64,000 bases of DNA from an uncultured Candidatus Saccharibacteria bacterium (GCA_964598205.1 CAZRBB010000005.1:5721-69720), one strand, 5' to 3'; shown: positions 28,379-39,004, counted from the stretch's first letter. Numbers and translations: made by a program. The notes: generated from the letters alone by a model not told the origin.

Positions 28379-30217
28379 TTGTTTAAAAAAATTAAAGCCA
28401 TCTTTTTAAAAATCAACAAAAAAAAGGTCTTTTTGTTTTTGTTCATTACTCTTTGGTTTGCAGTTTTTGCCGGAATTTTCTTAACTCTTGGATATTTAAA
28501 AAAATATCAAGGGAAAATTTATCCCCATGCTTCTTTCTACGGAGCCGATCTTGGAGGCAAAACCCAAGAAGAATCCTTGGTTTTGATTCGAAAAAAGTCT
28601 GCTGATTTAGAAAACAAAGAATTACTGCTAGTTAAGGAAGGAAACACTATTAGCGCCTCTCTTTCCGAATTGGGCGTTAATTTAGAAACCGAAACCGTTT
28701 CCCAAAATGCATTTTCAATAGGAAGAAAAGGGAATTTGCTTTCTAAGTTAAAAGAAATTATTCAGTCTCGTTTTTTAAGCTTACCAGTTGAAATTTCTTT
28801 TTCCTTGGACAAGGGAAAATTTGAACGGTTTACTTTAGAAAACTTAAATCAAGACGAACTCTTAGCTCGCCCAGCAGAAATCGTTTACTTAGAAAATAAA
28901 TTTGTTGTTAATCCACCGCAAGACGGATTCGGCATAGATAAACTAAATCTCTTGGAAAAGATTGCTTTATATCTCTCCCAATCAGAAGGAAAAAATTCAT
29001 TAGCAGTTTCTGTCCTAAGCAATAAAACCCCCTCTGTTACCAAAGAAGAAGCCATTCCTGCAGCAGAAAAAGCTAATTTGTTAATTGCTAAAACCTATCG
29101 ACTCTCTGCCGGAGAAAAAACCTGGGAAATGAGCCAGGAATTTTTAGTAAAAATGCTGGACTTTAAAACTCCCACAGAAGAAAAAAATCAAGAGAAAAAA
29201 GAAATCCTTACCCCAAAAACTTTTGCTAATTCTGCCACCTACCACTTTTTTAGTAAGCAAAATAAAAAACAAGCCCCAGAAACAATAGAAGTTTTTCTAA
29301 AAGAAAAAGAAGTCTTAGATTATCTTTCCACCATTGCTCCCGGCATTGAACAAGCATCGGTTAGCGCTATCCTAGGATTCACAGACAACCAATTAAAAGT
29401 TGTAAGCCCAGGCCAAAACGAAATAAAATTAAACATTCCCGAAAGCGCTAAATACTTAACAGTTAAGATTCTTGCTGGAGAAGAAAATATTTCTTTTCCT
29501 GTTGTTTCCATGCCAGCCACCGTCTCAGAAAGCAACCTCAATACCCTAGGCTTAAAGACTCTGCTTGCTCAGGGAGAATCAAATTTTGTTGGCTCGCCCC
29601 AAAACAGAAAACACAACATTGCCACTGGCGCCGCCCGTTTTAACGGTGTTCTTATTAAACCAGGAGAAGAATTTTCTTTCATAGAAAGATTGGGGCCAGT
29701 AGATAAAAGCACCGGCTACCTGCCAGAACTCGTAATCAAAGAAAATAAAACCATTCCTGAATATGGTGGCGGTATGTGCCAAGTTTCTACAACCGCTTTC
29801 CGTGGTGCAGTTAATGCCGGCTTAGCAATCACTGAACGCCGGAATCACGCTTACCCTGTTCAATATTACGCTCCCCAAGGAACAGACGCGACTGTTTACA
29901 TTCCCAACCCCGATTTAAAATTTAAAAACAACACTCCTGCCCATATTTATATTCAAACTCGTATTGAAGGCACTAAATTATTTTTTGAATACTACGGCAC
30001 CAATGATGGCCGCATAGTTAAAACCGAAGGTCCTATTACTTACGATCGCACCGGTGATGGCGGTATGCGCGCCAAATGGATTCAGAAAGTATATAATCCA
30101 GACGGGAGTCTTCTTTTTGAAGACACTTTTTTGTCCAAGTACGATTCCCCAAACAAATATCCCCACCCTGGTCAGGAACCCCAGCCAGTAGAAAAAAAGA
30201 AAAAGAAAAAACATTAA
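28379..30217 (+). CDS. VanW/YoaR family protein with N-terminal TM and peptidoglycan-binding-like region
   Basis: GGGMCQVSTT, ERRNHAY, GTDATV, DLKFKNNT. Confidence 0.88.
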   Translation: MFKKIKAIFLKINKKKVFLFLFITLWFAVFAGIFLTLGYLKKYQGKIYPHASFYGADLGGKTQEESLVLIRKKSADLENKELLLVKEGNTISASLSELGVNLETETVSQNAFSIGRKGNLLSKLKEIIQSRFLSLPVEISFSLDKGKFERFTLENLNQDELLARPAEIVYLENKFVVNPPQDGFGIDKLNLLEKIALYLSQSEGKNSLAVSVLSNKTPSVTKEEAIPAAEKANLLIAKTYRLSAGEKTWEMSQEFLVKMLDFKTPTEEKNQEKKEILTPKTFANSATYHFFSKQNKKQAPETIEVFLKEKEVLDYLSTIAPGIEQASVSAILGFTDNQLKVVSPGQNEIKLNIPESAKYLTVKILAGEENISFPVVSMPATVSESNLNTLGLKTLLAQGESNFVGSPQNRKHNIATGAARFNGVLIKPGEEFSFIERLGPVDKSTGYLPELVIKENKTIPEYGGGMCQVSTTAFRGAVNAGLAITERRNHAYPVQYYAPQGTDATVYIPNPDLKFKNNTPAHIYIQTRIEGTKLFFEYYGTNDGRIVKTEGPITYDRTGDGGMRAKWIQKVYNPDGSLLFEDTFLSKYDSPNKYPHPGQEPQPVEKKKKKKH

Positions 30218-30268
30218 AACGCGTAAGTCCTAGCTAAATATAAAAATTACCCCTAAAAACAAAAAATC

Positions 30269-32038
30269 ATGAAAAAACTAAACCAGCTCGCTCCTTGGAT
30301 TGCCACGGCTATTCTCTCTTTTACCTTTATTGTCTCTCTAGGAAGCATGAGTGAAGATTCCGCTGTTCGCGACGAAATGCCTCATATTGTTGCTGGCTAC
30401 ACTTACCTAAAATACGCCGACTATCGCATTAACCCCGAACATCCACCGCTAATCAAACAATTAGCAGCCATCCCTCTTTTTTTTCTCCATGTCAAATTCC
30501 CAGAAGATAATCCTGCCTGGAAGGATCGTGTTAACGATCAATGGTCATTAGGTGATACTTTTCTTTACAAATCCGGAAACAATGCCGACCAAATGTTATT
30601 CTGGGGCCGATTACCAATAGTCTTTTTAATGCTTCTTACAGGCTGGATTATTTTTGTTTGGACCAAAGAAATTTTTAAGAGTCCACTCGCTGGATTAATT
30701 GCTCTTCTTCTTTTTGCTCTTTCCCCAAACATTATTGCTCATGGTCGCTTTATTACCACCGATATGGGCGTAGCCGCTTTTTCTGTTTTTGCCCTTTATT
30801 CTTGGTGGAAGTTTCTAGTTAAACCTTCTAAAATAAAGTTCACCATTGCTGTTTTATTACAAACCTGTCTCCACTTAGCTAAATTTTCTAGTCCACTTTT
30901 TTTACCGATCATTGGCTTAATGACTTTAGGTGCCGCTTTTTTTGGCGGAGAAAAAGGTGAAAGCATTAAAAAAAGATTTTGGTTTTATTTGGGAGCAACT
31001 GTTGCCGCCACAGCCCTAGCTTTTATCTTGGTTGGCATTTGGTATCAAATATTCACCAGAGAGATGCCCCTTGCTGTTCAGCAACAACTAGTTTCCGAAT
31101 CTATCTTTGACAACAACTTTAAAAACGCTGGCCTAGCAACCAAGCTTGGGAGAATGACCAACTTCCCAATTCTCCGACCATACGTTCAATACCTATTGGG
31201 TTTCTTTATGGTAGCTGCTCATGCTTCTTATGGTCACTCCACCTATTTTATGGGAGAGGTCGGCCAAAACTGGAAAGAATATTACTTCATCACTTATTTA
31301 CTAAAAGAACCAATTGCTTCTCAGATTTTGGTTTATATTTCTTTTACCGTTGCTCTTATTTCTTTCTTCCGCTTTCTTTTTTCTTCCCAAAAAGGCAAAA
31401 AAGTCCGTGCCTTTTTAAAAAATTATTTCGTCCTCCTAGCTTTTGTTATTTTAATTTCCCTTTTCCTTTATATGGGAGCAATAGCCAGGCTCCAGTTAGG
31501 TATTCGCTATGTTGTTCCTATCTTCCCTTATCTTTATATGATTGCCGGAGGAATTCTGGGTGCTTGGTTTACCCGCCTTTCTAAAAACCATGTCACTTCT
31601 ATCTTTGGAAAAGGATTAGCCATAGTCCTTTTTGGTTGGCTCTTCTTGGCCAACATTCTTACTTATCCTAGCTACCTCTCTTACTTTAATGAATCAGTTG
31701 GCGGGAATAAGAATGGCTGGCTTTACTTGGTTGATTCCAATGTTGACTGGGGGCAAGATTTAAAACGCCTTAAAACATACGCCGATCAAAACGGCATTAA
31801 AGATTTAAAGATAGATTATTTTGGAGGTGGCAATTTAGATTACTATTTTGGCCAAGGAAACTACACTCCTTGGGGATTCGAAAAAGGTCCCGCCAAAGGG
31901 TGGTTCGCTATTTCCGCCAGCGCCATTCAATGGAATTCCCAAAACGCGGAAATTAATAAAAGTTACCATTGGCTAACCGATCACTATGAACCAAAAGCCA
32001 AAATTGGTTCTTCAATCTTTGTTTACAAAATAGAATAA
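30269..32038 (+). CDS. GT-C fold glycosyltransferase (ArnT/PMT, GT39/GT83-like)
   Basis: DE..H motif, NPEHPPLIK, many TM helices, DSNVDWGQDL. Confidence 0.82.
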   Translation: MKKLNQLAPWIATAILSFTFIVSLGSMSEDSAVRDEMPHIVAGYTYLKYADYRINPEHPPLIKQLAAIPLFFLHVKFPEDNPAWKDRVNDQWSLGDTFLYKSGNNADQMLFWGRLPIVFLMLLTGWIIFVWTKEIFKSPLAGLIALLLFALSPNIIAHGRFITTDMGVAAFSVFALYSWWKFLVKPSKIKFTIAVLLQTCLHLAKFSSPLFLPIIGLMTLGAAFFGGEKGESIKKRFWFYLGATVAATALAFILVGIWYQIFTREMPLAVQQQLVSESIFDNNFKNAGLATKLGRMTNFPILRPYVQYLLGFFMVAAHASYGHSTYFMGEVGQNWKEYYFITYLLKEPIASQILVYISFTVALISFFRFLFSSQKGKKVRAFLKNYFVLLAFVILISLFLYMGAIARLQLGIRYVVPIFPYLYMIAGGILGAWFTRLSKNHVTSIFGKGLAIVLFGWLFLANILTYPSYLSYFNESVGGNKNGWLYLVDSNVDWGQDLKRLKTYADQNGIKDLKIDYFGGGNLDYYFGQGNYTPWGFEKGPAKGWFAISASAIQWNSQNAEINKSYHWLTDHYEPKAKIGSSIFVYKIE

Positions 32039-32085
32039 AGAGCAGTCAATACTTACTACCCTTTCTGTTTCTAGATTTTCATTTT

Positions 32086-32907
32086 CTAAGATTTTTTAAT
32101 TTTTCCCTTGCTAAAATCAGCGATCATTTTTTTTAATTGAACCATTTTCTCTTGAGTCGCTTCTTCCCCGGCCAAAATTAAATCTTTCCCCTTTAAGAAT
32201 CGATGCCAGCGAGTACCGTTAGTTTTTGGCTTAATCACCAAATCTGCGTTTTTAATGTTCCCCAAAGTTAAATGATGGCGCAAAATATTTAGCGAATTTT
32301 CCGCTACCTGATAAAAATTAGGTTTCATTTCTTTATTTGGCGCGTAACGATCTAAATCAACGGCAATCACCAAATCTGCTCCCATCTTTTTGGCAGTCTC
32401 TACGGGAATTGGCGACGAAAGCCCACCATCAATCAATAAACGATTTTCAATCTCTACTGGTTTAAAGACTAAGGGAATAGAAATGCTAGCCCGAATGGCC
32501 GGCGCTAACTCTCCTTTTTTTAGAATAACTGCTTCGCCAGTCCTTAAATCCGTTACCGCAATTGCTAAAGGAATTGCACAGTCTTCTATTCTTATCCCAT
32601 CAACACATCCCTCTATAAACTTTCTAACCTTTCTTCCACTAATTAGCCCTTGTCTAAAATGCGGATCAACTAGGGAAAATAAAAGACGCCAATTGGTATC
32701 ATTGGCAATTTTCTCTATTTCCAAAACAGTTAAGCCAGAGGCATAAAAACCGCCAACCATTGCTCCAATACTAGAGCCAGCAATGTAATCAATATTAATC
32801 CCCTCTTCCTCTAGGGCTTTAATTACTCCAATCAGAGACAATCCTCGCGCACCACCACTCCCAAGCGCCAGGCCAATCTTGGGCTTTTTGGTTTTACATT
32901 TCCGCAT
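32086..32907 (-). CDS. Patatin-like phospholipase (RssA-like)
   Basis: GSGGARG, GSSIG, DGG. Confidence 0.92.
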   Translation of the reverse strand: MRKCKTKKPKIGLALGSGGARGLSLIGVIKALEEEGINIDYIAGSSIGAMVGGFYASGLTVLEIEKIANDTNWRLLFSLVDPHFRQGLISGRKVRKFIEGCVDGIRIEDCAIPLAIAVTDLRTGEAVILKKGELAPAIRASISIPLVFKPVEIENRLLIDGGLSSPIPVETAKKMGADLVIAVDLDRYAPNKEMKPNFYQVAENSLNILRHHLTLGNIKNADLVIKPKTNGTRWHRFLKGKDLILAGEEATQEKMVQLKKMIADFSKGKIKKS

Positions 32908-32918
32908 CTTTTAGAATT

Positions 32919-34703
32919 TTATTGGTCAACTTTCGTCTCAAAATAACATCCCTTCTTATTTGGCACAACACTTAAATAGCTATCACAAAAAACACTAGCT
33001 TGTTCCGGAACCAATAGAGTCGGCTGATATTTTTTTATATCATAGGGAAATAAATAGAATTCTGTTTTTTCCCCACTAAAAACAACCCCTACTCCAAGAC
33101 CTTTGTTTGTTTCTTTGCCAACTTGATCAAAAATAAAATTACCCAAAGAATAAAAGATAGCTTTATTTTTATATATTTCCATCGGTTGGATAACATGAGG
33201 ATGATGGCCAATTATTACATCTACCCCACTATCAACTAAGGAATGAGCAACACCCTCCTGAATTTCCGATTGGTTTTCATGATACTCGTATCCCCAATGA
33301 ATATTTACCACCACAAAATCATTGTGCTCCTTTAGTTCCCTAATCAACTCATAATCTTGCGTTAAGTCACCAGAATGAACCGTGGTATCAATTCCAATAA
33401 AAACAATTTTCCTACCATTGATTTCTTTCTCAATATATTTTCTATTAGCATAAAAGCTACCAAAAAAATCAATCCCCTCTTTTAGCAAATAATCTTCCGT
33501 ATCTTTTAATCCTTCAGCCTTGCAGTCTCCTGTATGATTATTAGCCAAATTAACTATATTGATTCCATTCTTAGCAATCAGACCAGTGACCGTTGGATCA
33601 AACTTAAAACTATACGCTTTCTCCAAACAATTACTTTTCTCGGTAATTGGCCCTTCCAAATTCGCCGAAATAAAATCAACCCCTTTTAAAAAATTACCCT
33701 CCGGTCCTTTAATTTTTTCAAAAGGATTTACTCCATTTTCCATAGACTTTTCTACATCTCGAGAAAACATCATGTCTCCAAAATTAAGAACAGAAACTTT
33801 CCTATCTTTTCTTTGACCACCTCTAATAAAATGAGCAAAAAAATAACTTGTAACATCTCCAAAATTCTCCTTGCCCATAAAATCTGCCGAATTAGTATTT
33901 TTGTAAATTATCTTTTTCGCCTCTCTTAATTCTAAATATTTAAGTAGTGCATAAATTGAAGATGGACTGTCTATCTCACTGTTAAAAATTCCCTCATAAT
34001 TAAAATCTTTAATCGCTGAAATGCTTTTTTTGTCATGAAAATTAGCCGCTGTTTTGTTTAGGTGATGAGAAAAATCAACACTAGCAATAACCACCGCATC
34101 TTCTGGTAGAATTTGATCCAGATTTTTTGCCAACAATTCCGCTTTTTCTTTGGTTGTGCTTCGTTTTACAATAATGGGAATTATTTTTGCATCAGGTAAA
34201 AAGTATTTAACAAAACTAACCAAAGACGAAATAGAGTGCTCACTAGAAAAAGGGTCTTCCTCATTAAAAACCGTTCCCGTGTTCAATAATTCATTAATAT
34301 ATTTCTCTTCTGACTCCACCACGCCCCAAGGAGTTTTGTAAGGATATTTTGATAATAAAATATCTCTCTTCCCAACATTAAAATGATTTGGCCCAATAAT
34401 AACAATCGTTTTAGGCGATTGCTTTTTAAAAGCACTAAAAAACTGAGCAATTTCTTTAGCCACTAACAAATGGTGAGATACTATTCCGCCGTAAATTTTC
34501 TCTTCACTAACATTTGCCGGAACTATTTTGTCTAGATCCCCGTAAAATTGCTTATCCACATAAAAAGAAGAATGGAACCGAGTCGCCCCATCTGAAAACT
34601 CTATAGGGTTTTTCTTTATTTTTCTAACTATTGAATAACAAAAAAAGACCCCTGCCAAAAAAAACACGATCATTACCAAAAACAGCAGGAGTCTCTTTTT
34701 CAT
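32919..34703 (-). CDS. Fusion of a MEMO1/AmmeMemoRadiSam-B-like domain and a CapA/PgsA metallophosphatase-like domain
   Basis: SHH, IIGPNH, EHS, ASVDFSH; then GDMM, ANLEG, NLANNH, HWG.EY, GHHPHV, YSLGNF. Confidence 0.85.
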   Translation of the reverse strand: MKKRLLLFLVMIVFFLAGVFFCYSIVRKIKKNPIEFSDGATRFHSSFYVDKQFYGDLDKIVPANVSEEKIYGGIVSHHLLVAKEIAQFFSAFKKQSPKTIVIIGPNHFNVGKRDILLSKYPYKTPWGVVESEEKYINELLNTGTVFNEEDPFSSEHSISSLVSFVKYFLPDAKIIPIIVKRSTTKEKAELLAKNLDQILPEDAVVIASVDFSHHLNKTAANFHDKKSISAIKDFNYEGIFNSEIDSPSSIYALLKYLELREAKKIIYKNTNSADFMGKENFGDVTSYFFAHFIRGGQRKDRKVSVLNFGDMMFSRDVEKSMENGVNPFEKIKGPEGNFLKGVDFISANLEGPITEKSNCLEKAYSFKFDPTVTGLIAKNGINIVNLANNHTGDCKAEGLKDTEDYLLKEGIDFFGSFYANRKYIEKEINGRKIVFIGIDTTVHSGDLTQDYELIRELKEHNDFVVVNIHWGYEYHENQSEIQEGVAHSLVDSGVDVIIGHHPHVIQPMEIYKNKAIFYSLGNFIFDQVGKETNKGLGVGVVFSGEKTEFYLFPYDIKKYQPTLLVPEQASVFCDSYLSVVPNKKGCYFETKVDQ

Positions 34704-34705
34704 TT

Positions 34706-36442
34706 TTATTTAAGCAGAGTTCCTCCCCATTCTACAGCCGTAAAACCATTTCGCCTTGGAATTTTTGCTGGGAGAATTTGTTCGGAAATATTAGCATAAT
34801 CATCTAGCTCTTCTGCGGTCATCATCACTCTAATAAACACATCTGGCTTTATAGGATTAAATTCTACCGGAGCTAAACTATCAAACTGTTCTCGACTCAA
34901 AAAAGATATCTTATAAAAAGGTTTTTCGTTAAGTCTAGCTAGCCAATATTCTTTAAAATCACTTGCTTCTTTTTCGTTAAGTCCCAATATTTGCAATTTT
35001 TCACTTAGAAACAAATTTAAATCTTCCCGCTTTACTACCCAACCTTTGTCTTGTTTTGGATAATTTGCACCAATCCCCTCCCACAGTAAATAATCATATT
35101 CTTTACCACCTTCTAGATTTTTTATTTTTCCATTAGGCAAAACATTTACCGTCCATCCATTATTATATGCTGGATCAGTATGCGTAAAGCCACCATTCGG
35201 ACTAACTTTTACGCTTAGATTAATTTCATTCTGAGGATAAAGATAAATAACCGGCTTACACATTTCGGCCGCTGGGCTAAACTTACTATTTTTAAATTCT
35301 ATCCATTTCCCTAAAGGATTTTTCCAATAAAGATAGGGATTTGATTTAATAAATTCTTCATAAGTATATTTGCTTCCTCCTTGCTGTTGATTATCGTTGC
35401 CACCGTAATAGGCTAGAGTTTGTTCGTTGTTATATAGATCTTTTAGATATTGATCGTTCGGATCCTTAATTCCCAAAATGTCCTCTCCATTAACTGTTTT
35501 TCCAACTACTTGTAGCCTTTCTTCTGGCTTAAGATCATTTGGATCCATCTCCAATAAATTCGTACAGACACCTCCGCAAGTATGGTTAATATAGTCGTAC
35601 TCATCTTGATTCTTTTTGCCATCGTTAAAAGTCACATTGATCACTCTATCTTCATTGTTCACGAACGGAATAACAAGATTGTAAGCAATCGCCGTATGAT
35701 TAGGAAGTTCCGCCACAATACAACCTTCCCCTTCTGTTAAATAAAAATCTCCAATTTCTTTGTTGGTAAATAATTTATTTTTTATTTTTACTTCAGAGAA
35801 TAAATAAGTCGGAGAATAATATTTTTTTAATTGATAGCTAGTTTCCGGTAAAGGTATTTCTTCTGGGAGGTCATCTATCCCCACAATCGTTGCCTCAGTC
35901 CCTGCCTCTTGCAAACCCTCGTTGATATACAGCTTATTTTCGGTAATCCCATCGGATCCCTTTTCGATTATAAAATATGTCATTTCTGAACCCCCCATAG
36001 ACGGCGTCACTTCAAGATAAAAATCCTTCCCTTTATATAGCGGATCGTCGTTGGCTATTTTCCCCACCAAAAAACACCGAGCAACTCCATTACAATTTTC
36101 TTTTACCTCAATAGTTTTTTTCTCCCAATCCACCAAAATCTTTTTCAACTTTATTGTAGGAATCTCTGCAATTTCTTGCGAATTACTAGCATTCCCTTGA
36201 ATATTACTACTTAAATCTTGCTGATTTTGTTGTTTAAACTGATTCTGTTGTCTTTGCAAGCTTTGAATTTGTTGTTGGTATCTTTTTTCTAGTTGATTAG
36301 TTTTTTCTTTGTAAAAATAAGCAACATAACCAAAAAACAGCATTATTATAACCACCAAGGAACCAACAATTATCCAGAAATTGACCCTTTTTTTACTATT
36401 ATCCACAAAATTTACCTCACCACCCCCTAATTTTTTTTCCAT
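34706..36442 (-). CDS. Membrane-anchored hypothetical protein with a C-terminal KPVIYLYP...EWGG domain
   Basis: N-terminal TM, Q-rich linker, conserved-looking C-terminal domain of unknown function. Confidence 0.75.
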   Translation of the reverse strand: MEKKLGGGEVNFVDNSKKRVNFWIIVGSLVVIIMLFFGYVAYFYKEKTNQLEKRYQQQIQSLQRQQNQFKQQNQQDLSSNIQGNASNSQEIAEIPTIKLKKILVDWEKKTIEVKENCNGVARCFLVGKIANDDPLYKGKDFYLEVTPSMGGSEMTYFIIEKGSDGITENKLYINEGLQEAGTEATIVGIDDLPEEIPLPETSYQLKKYYSPTYLFSEVKIKNKLFTNKEIGDFYLTEGEGCIVAELPNHTAIAYNLVIPFVNNEDRVINVTFNDGKKNQDEYDYINHTCGGVCTNLLEMDPNDLKPEERLQVVGKTVNGEDILGIKDPNDQYLKDLYNNEQTLAYYGGNDNQQQGGSKYTYEEFIKSNPYLYWKNPLGKWIEFKNSKFSPAAEMCKPVIYLYPQNEINLSVKVSPNGGFTHTDPAYNNGWTVNVLPNGKIKNLEGGKEYDYLLWEGIGANYPKQDKGWVVKREDLNLFLSEKLQILGLNEKEASDFKEYWLARLNEKPFYKISFLSREQFDSLAPVEFNPIKPDVFIRVMMTAEELDDYANISEQILPAKIPRRNGFTAVEWGGTLLK

Positions 36443-36532
36443 TTATTTTTAAAAAATTATTTACACTGCCACATGCTCATTCGACATTATTTTTCACATA
36501 CTTCCTGCTTAAAACATAAAACAGAATTACCC

Positions 36533-37753
36533 CTATTTCACTTCTCCTTTCAACAAAAAATCAATTAGCTTCATATGCTTGATGCCCTGATATTCATTGA
36601 CTACTGGATCCATTGAAATAACTATTTTCTCAAAATTATCCTTAATTTTCAATAAATTTCCAAATTCTCGTTCTCTGGTTTTTGTATCCCCGATTGTCAG
36701 CGCCACTTGAATATATTTAATTTTTGTATTTTTAATTGCCACAAAATCGATTTCCCTGCCTTCCAATGTTCCTGTATATATTTCATACCCATCGCTTTTC
36801 AATTGCATAAAGACAATATTTTCCATCACTTGATTAGTCATCGCCTCATTGAAGCCAGCGAGGGCGTTTCTTATTCCAATATCATTCACATAATATTTGG
36901 CATTTTGCTTAAATACTTTCTTGCCCACTAGGTCATACCTTTTCACCTCATGGAGAAAATAGCCCGCGCGCAAAGCATATAAATAGTCCAAAATAATACT
37001 CGGCGTCACTTTAATGCCTTCATTTTTTAAATATTTGCAAATTGAATTGGCAGAAAATTCATAACCAATATTACCACATAAAAACATAACCAATTTTTCC
37101 AGCAATGCGATATTGCGTATTTCAAATTTTTTTATCACATCCTTCAACAAGATGGAATTGAAAATATTTTTAGCATATGTAAAAACCACCTCGTCATTTA
37201 GTGGCATATTGTGAATAAAAGGTAAGCCTCCATAGCGGAAATATTTCTCAAGACTTTCATGATTCGTTCTCAATCCAGAAAACTTCAAAAATTCCTTGAA
37301 GTCCAACGGTGCAATAAAATTTTCGATATATCTTCCTCCCAAATAAGTACTCAGCTCGGAAGAAATGATTTCAGAATTGCTACCTGTAATATAGATATCG
37401 AATTTTTTATTTAGCGCGTAACTCCGAATGGCTTTTTCAAATCCGCTTATTTCCTGAACCTCATCAATCAGTAAATAAATCTTTTTATTTTTATTCGCCT
37501 TTTGCAATTTAGTTTCAATAAAAATATGCAACTCTTTATAGGAAATAATCTTATCGAACTGCAAATCCTCCTTGTTTAGATAGATAATATTTTTTTTTAA
37601 AACGCCCTGCAATTCCAACTCACCGATAATGCTTTTTAAAATATAGCTCTTACCGGTTCGTCTCTGTCCCGTTATCACTTTAATGACAGCTTGATTTTTA
37701 AAAAGATATATTTTTTCAAGATATTTTTCTCTGCGGATAACCTCATTTAACAT
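36533..37753 (-). CDS. AAA_14 / DUF4143 family ATPase
   Basis: GQRRTGKS, LIDEVQ, ITGSNS, GGLP, ENIVF, EIDFVA. Confidence 0.9.
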   Translation of the reverse strand: MLNEVIRREKYLEKIYLFKNQAVIKVITGQRRTGKSYILKSIIGELELQGVLKKNIIYLNKEDLQFDKIISYKELHIFIETKLQKANKNKKIYLLIDEVQEISGFEKAIRSYALNKKFDIYITGSNSEIISSELSTYLGGRYIENFIAPLDFKEFLKFSGLRTNHESLEKYFRYGGLPFIHNMPLNDEVVFTYAKNIFNSILLKDVIKKFEIRNIALLEKLVMFLCGNIGYEFSANSICKYLKNEGIKVTPSIILDYLYALRAGYFLHEVKRYDLVGKKVFKQNAKYYVNDIGIRNALAGFNEAMTNQVMENIVFMQLKSDGYEIYTGTLEGREIDFVAIKNTKIKYIQVALTIGDTKTREREFGNLLKIKDNFEKIVISMDPVVNEYQGIKHMKLIDFLLKGEVK

Positions 37754-37782
37754 GTTATTCCTACCTTAATGTTTATGTTTAT

Positions 37783-37836
37783 AGTATAAGCTAAACTTTT
37801 TTAAATGTCAAGAAAGTTTAGCTTATAAGCTAAACT
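37783..37836 (-). promoter_or_regulatory. Sigma70 promoter overlapped by operator-like palindromes
   Basis: TTGACA (37811-37806), 17 nt, TATACT (37788-37783); perfect 22-bp palindrome 37815-37836 and an extra half-site 37785-37798. Confidence 0.75.
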
Positions 37837-37842
37837 CGTTAA

Positions 37843-38360
37843 TCATCCCTCCCCAAAACATCCACCGTCGCTTGCATTACTTAAATCAATAATTTTTTGA
37901 TATTGATTTGCATCACCATAAACTTTCTTGGCAATACTCCAAAGAGTGTCGCCGGATTCTAGAACATAAGAGCAAATATTGGGTTTACTTGTATTGCTCG
38001 CCTCCAGACCTGATGTTTGATTGTCTAAATTATTTGCTGGCGTATTTTTATTAACATTAGCTATATTTAATAGTTTTCTGCGATATTCAAAATAGTTTTT
38101 TCTTCGACATAATTTCCTGCTTTGTCATAAGCTCTAACTATAATAATATCCGCCTGATCTAAGATGCTTTCCGGAATAAAATAGAAACTCTTGATTTGTT
38201 TTTTCCAGGCTCTGACAACATGACCTTGATTATTTAAAATTTTAATTTTGTAATAATCCACTCCTGTGTCATCAGTCGCTTCAAAATTTATTTTGTCGTT
38301 TTTTTGGATAGTGATGGTTTGGAAATGTGCCTGAAGGATATCTCCGCGATGTTCTCCATA
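37843..38360 (-). pseudogene. Fragmented Ig-like plus LysM surface protein
   Basis: ATDDTGVDYY...VRAYDKAGN segment with no convincing start; frame change near 38067; then a truncated LysM YVLESGDTLWSIAKKVYGD. Confidence 0.65.
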
Positions 38361-38790
38361 TCTTCCCTATATGGCCCGGGCATTCACCAGTTATTGTGAT
38401 TCGTGAATTTTCATCATCACCTAAATATGCCTTGAGACCCGTAAAATAAAAAATAGATCCAGACCCTACATCGCCATGTTCGTCACATATGTGCAATGTG
38501 TCACCAGACTGTATTCCGCCCGTTCCCGCCCAAACAGGGCCAATCGTCGCAATATGAACGCCAGATCCTTGGTTTGTAAATTTAACCTGATTCACCAGTG
38601 CCTGATCTGTGTATAATTTGTAGACATAGGTACTTACCCATTTTGCATAATACACAGTCCCTGCCTGCAAAATTCCAGAAGCGCCGCCAACTGTTATAGA
38701 AGGTAACGCCCCAGTTGTTTTGAATGTGACAGGCTGTCCATTAACAGCAAAATTGCCAGGACCTGCTGTAATAGTATTGGAAAGACGATT
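38281..38790 (-). pseudogene. 5'-truncated fragment of a beta-rich surface or virion-like protein
   Basis: Open frame begins right after a stop about 20 nt from the tRNA 3' end; GQPVTFKTTGALP..LQAGTVYY..GSGVH. Confidence 0.45.
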
Positions 38791-38809
38791 TTACTATTCT
38801 AGATTATTG

Positions 38810-38884
38810 TGGGCAGTACAGGGTTCGAACCTGTGGCCTTACGAGTGTGAATCGTACGCTCTAAACCAACTGAGCTAACCGCCC
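38810..38884 (-). tRNA. tRNA-Val(CAC)
   Basis: GGGCGGT acceptor stem, TACGA-TTCACAC-TCGTA anticodon arm, GGTTCGAAC T-arm; CCA not encoded. Confidence 0.95.
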
Positions 38885-38888
38885 GAAT

Positions 38889-39003
38889 AATTACGAATTA
38901 TGAATTTTGAATTTCGATTAAAATTAGAAATCTGAATTTAGAAATGATTTTTAAATTCTAATTTATAGTTTATTTCAAAATTCAAAATTCATAATTCGTA
39001 ATT
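38889..39003. repeat. Heptamer-repeat palindrome
   Basis: AATTACGAATTATGAATTTTGAATTT and its perfect 26-bp inverse AAATTCAAAATTCATAATTCGTAATT. Confidence 0.85.
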
Positions 39004-39004
39004 C

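Noticed and set aside
32919-38884. Intact prophage or integrative element at tRNA-Val
   Set aside because: No integrase, no duplicated tRNA 3' end found by eye, and no phage hallmark genes
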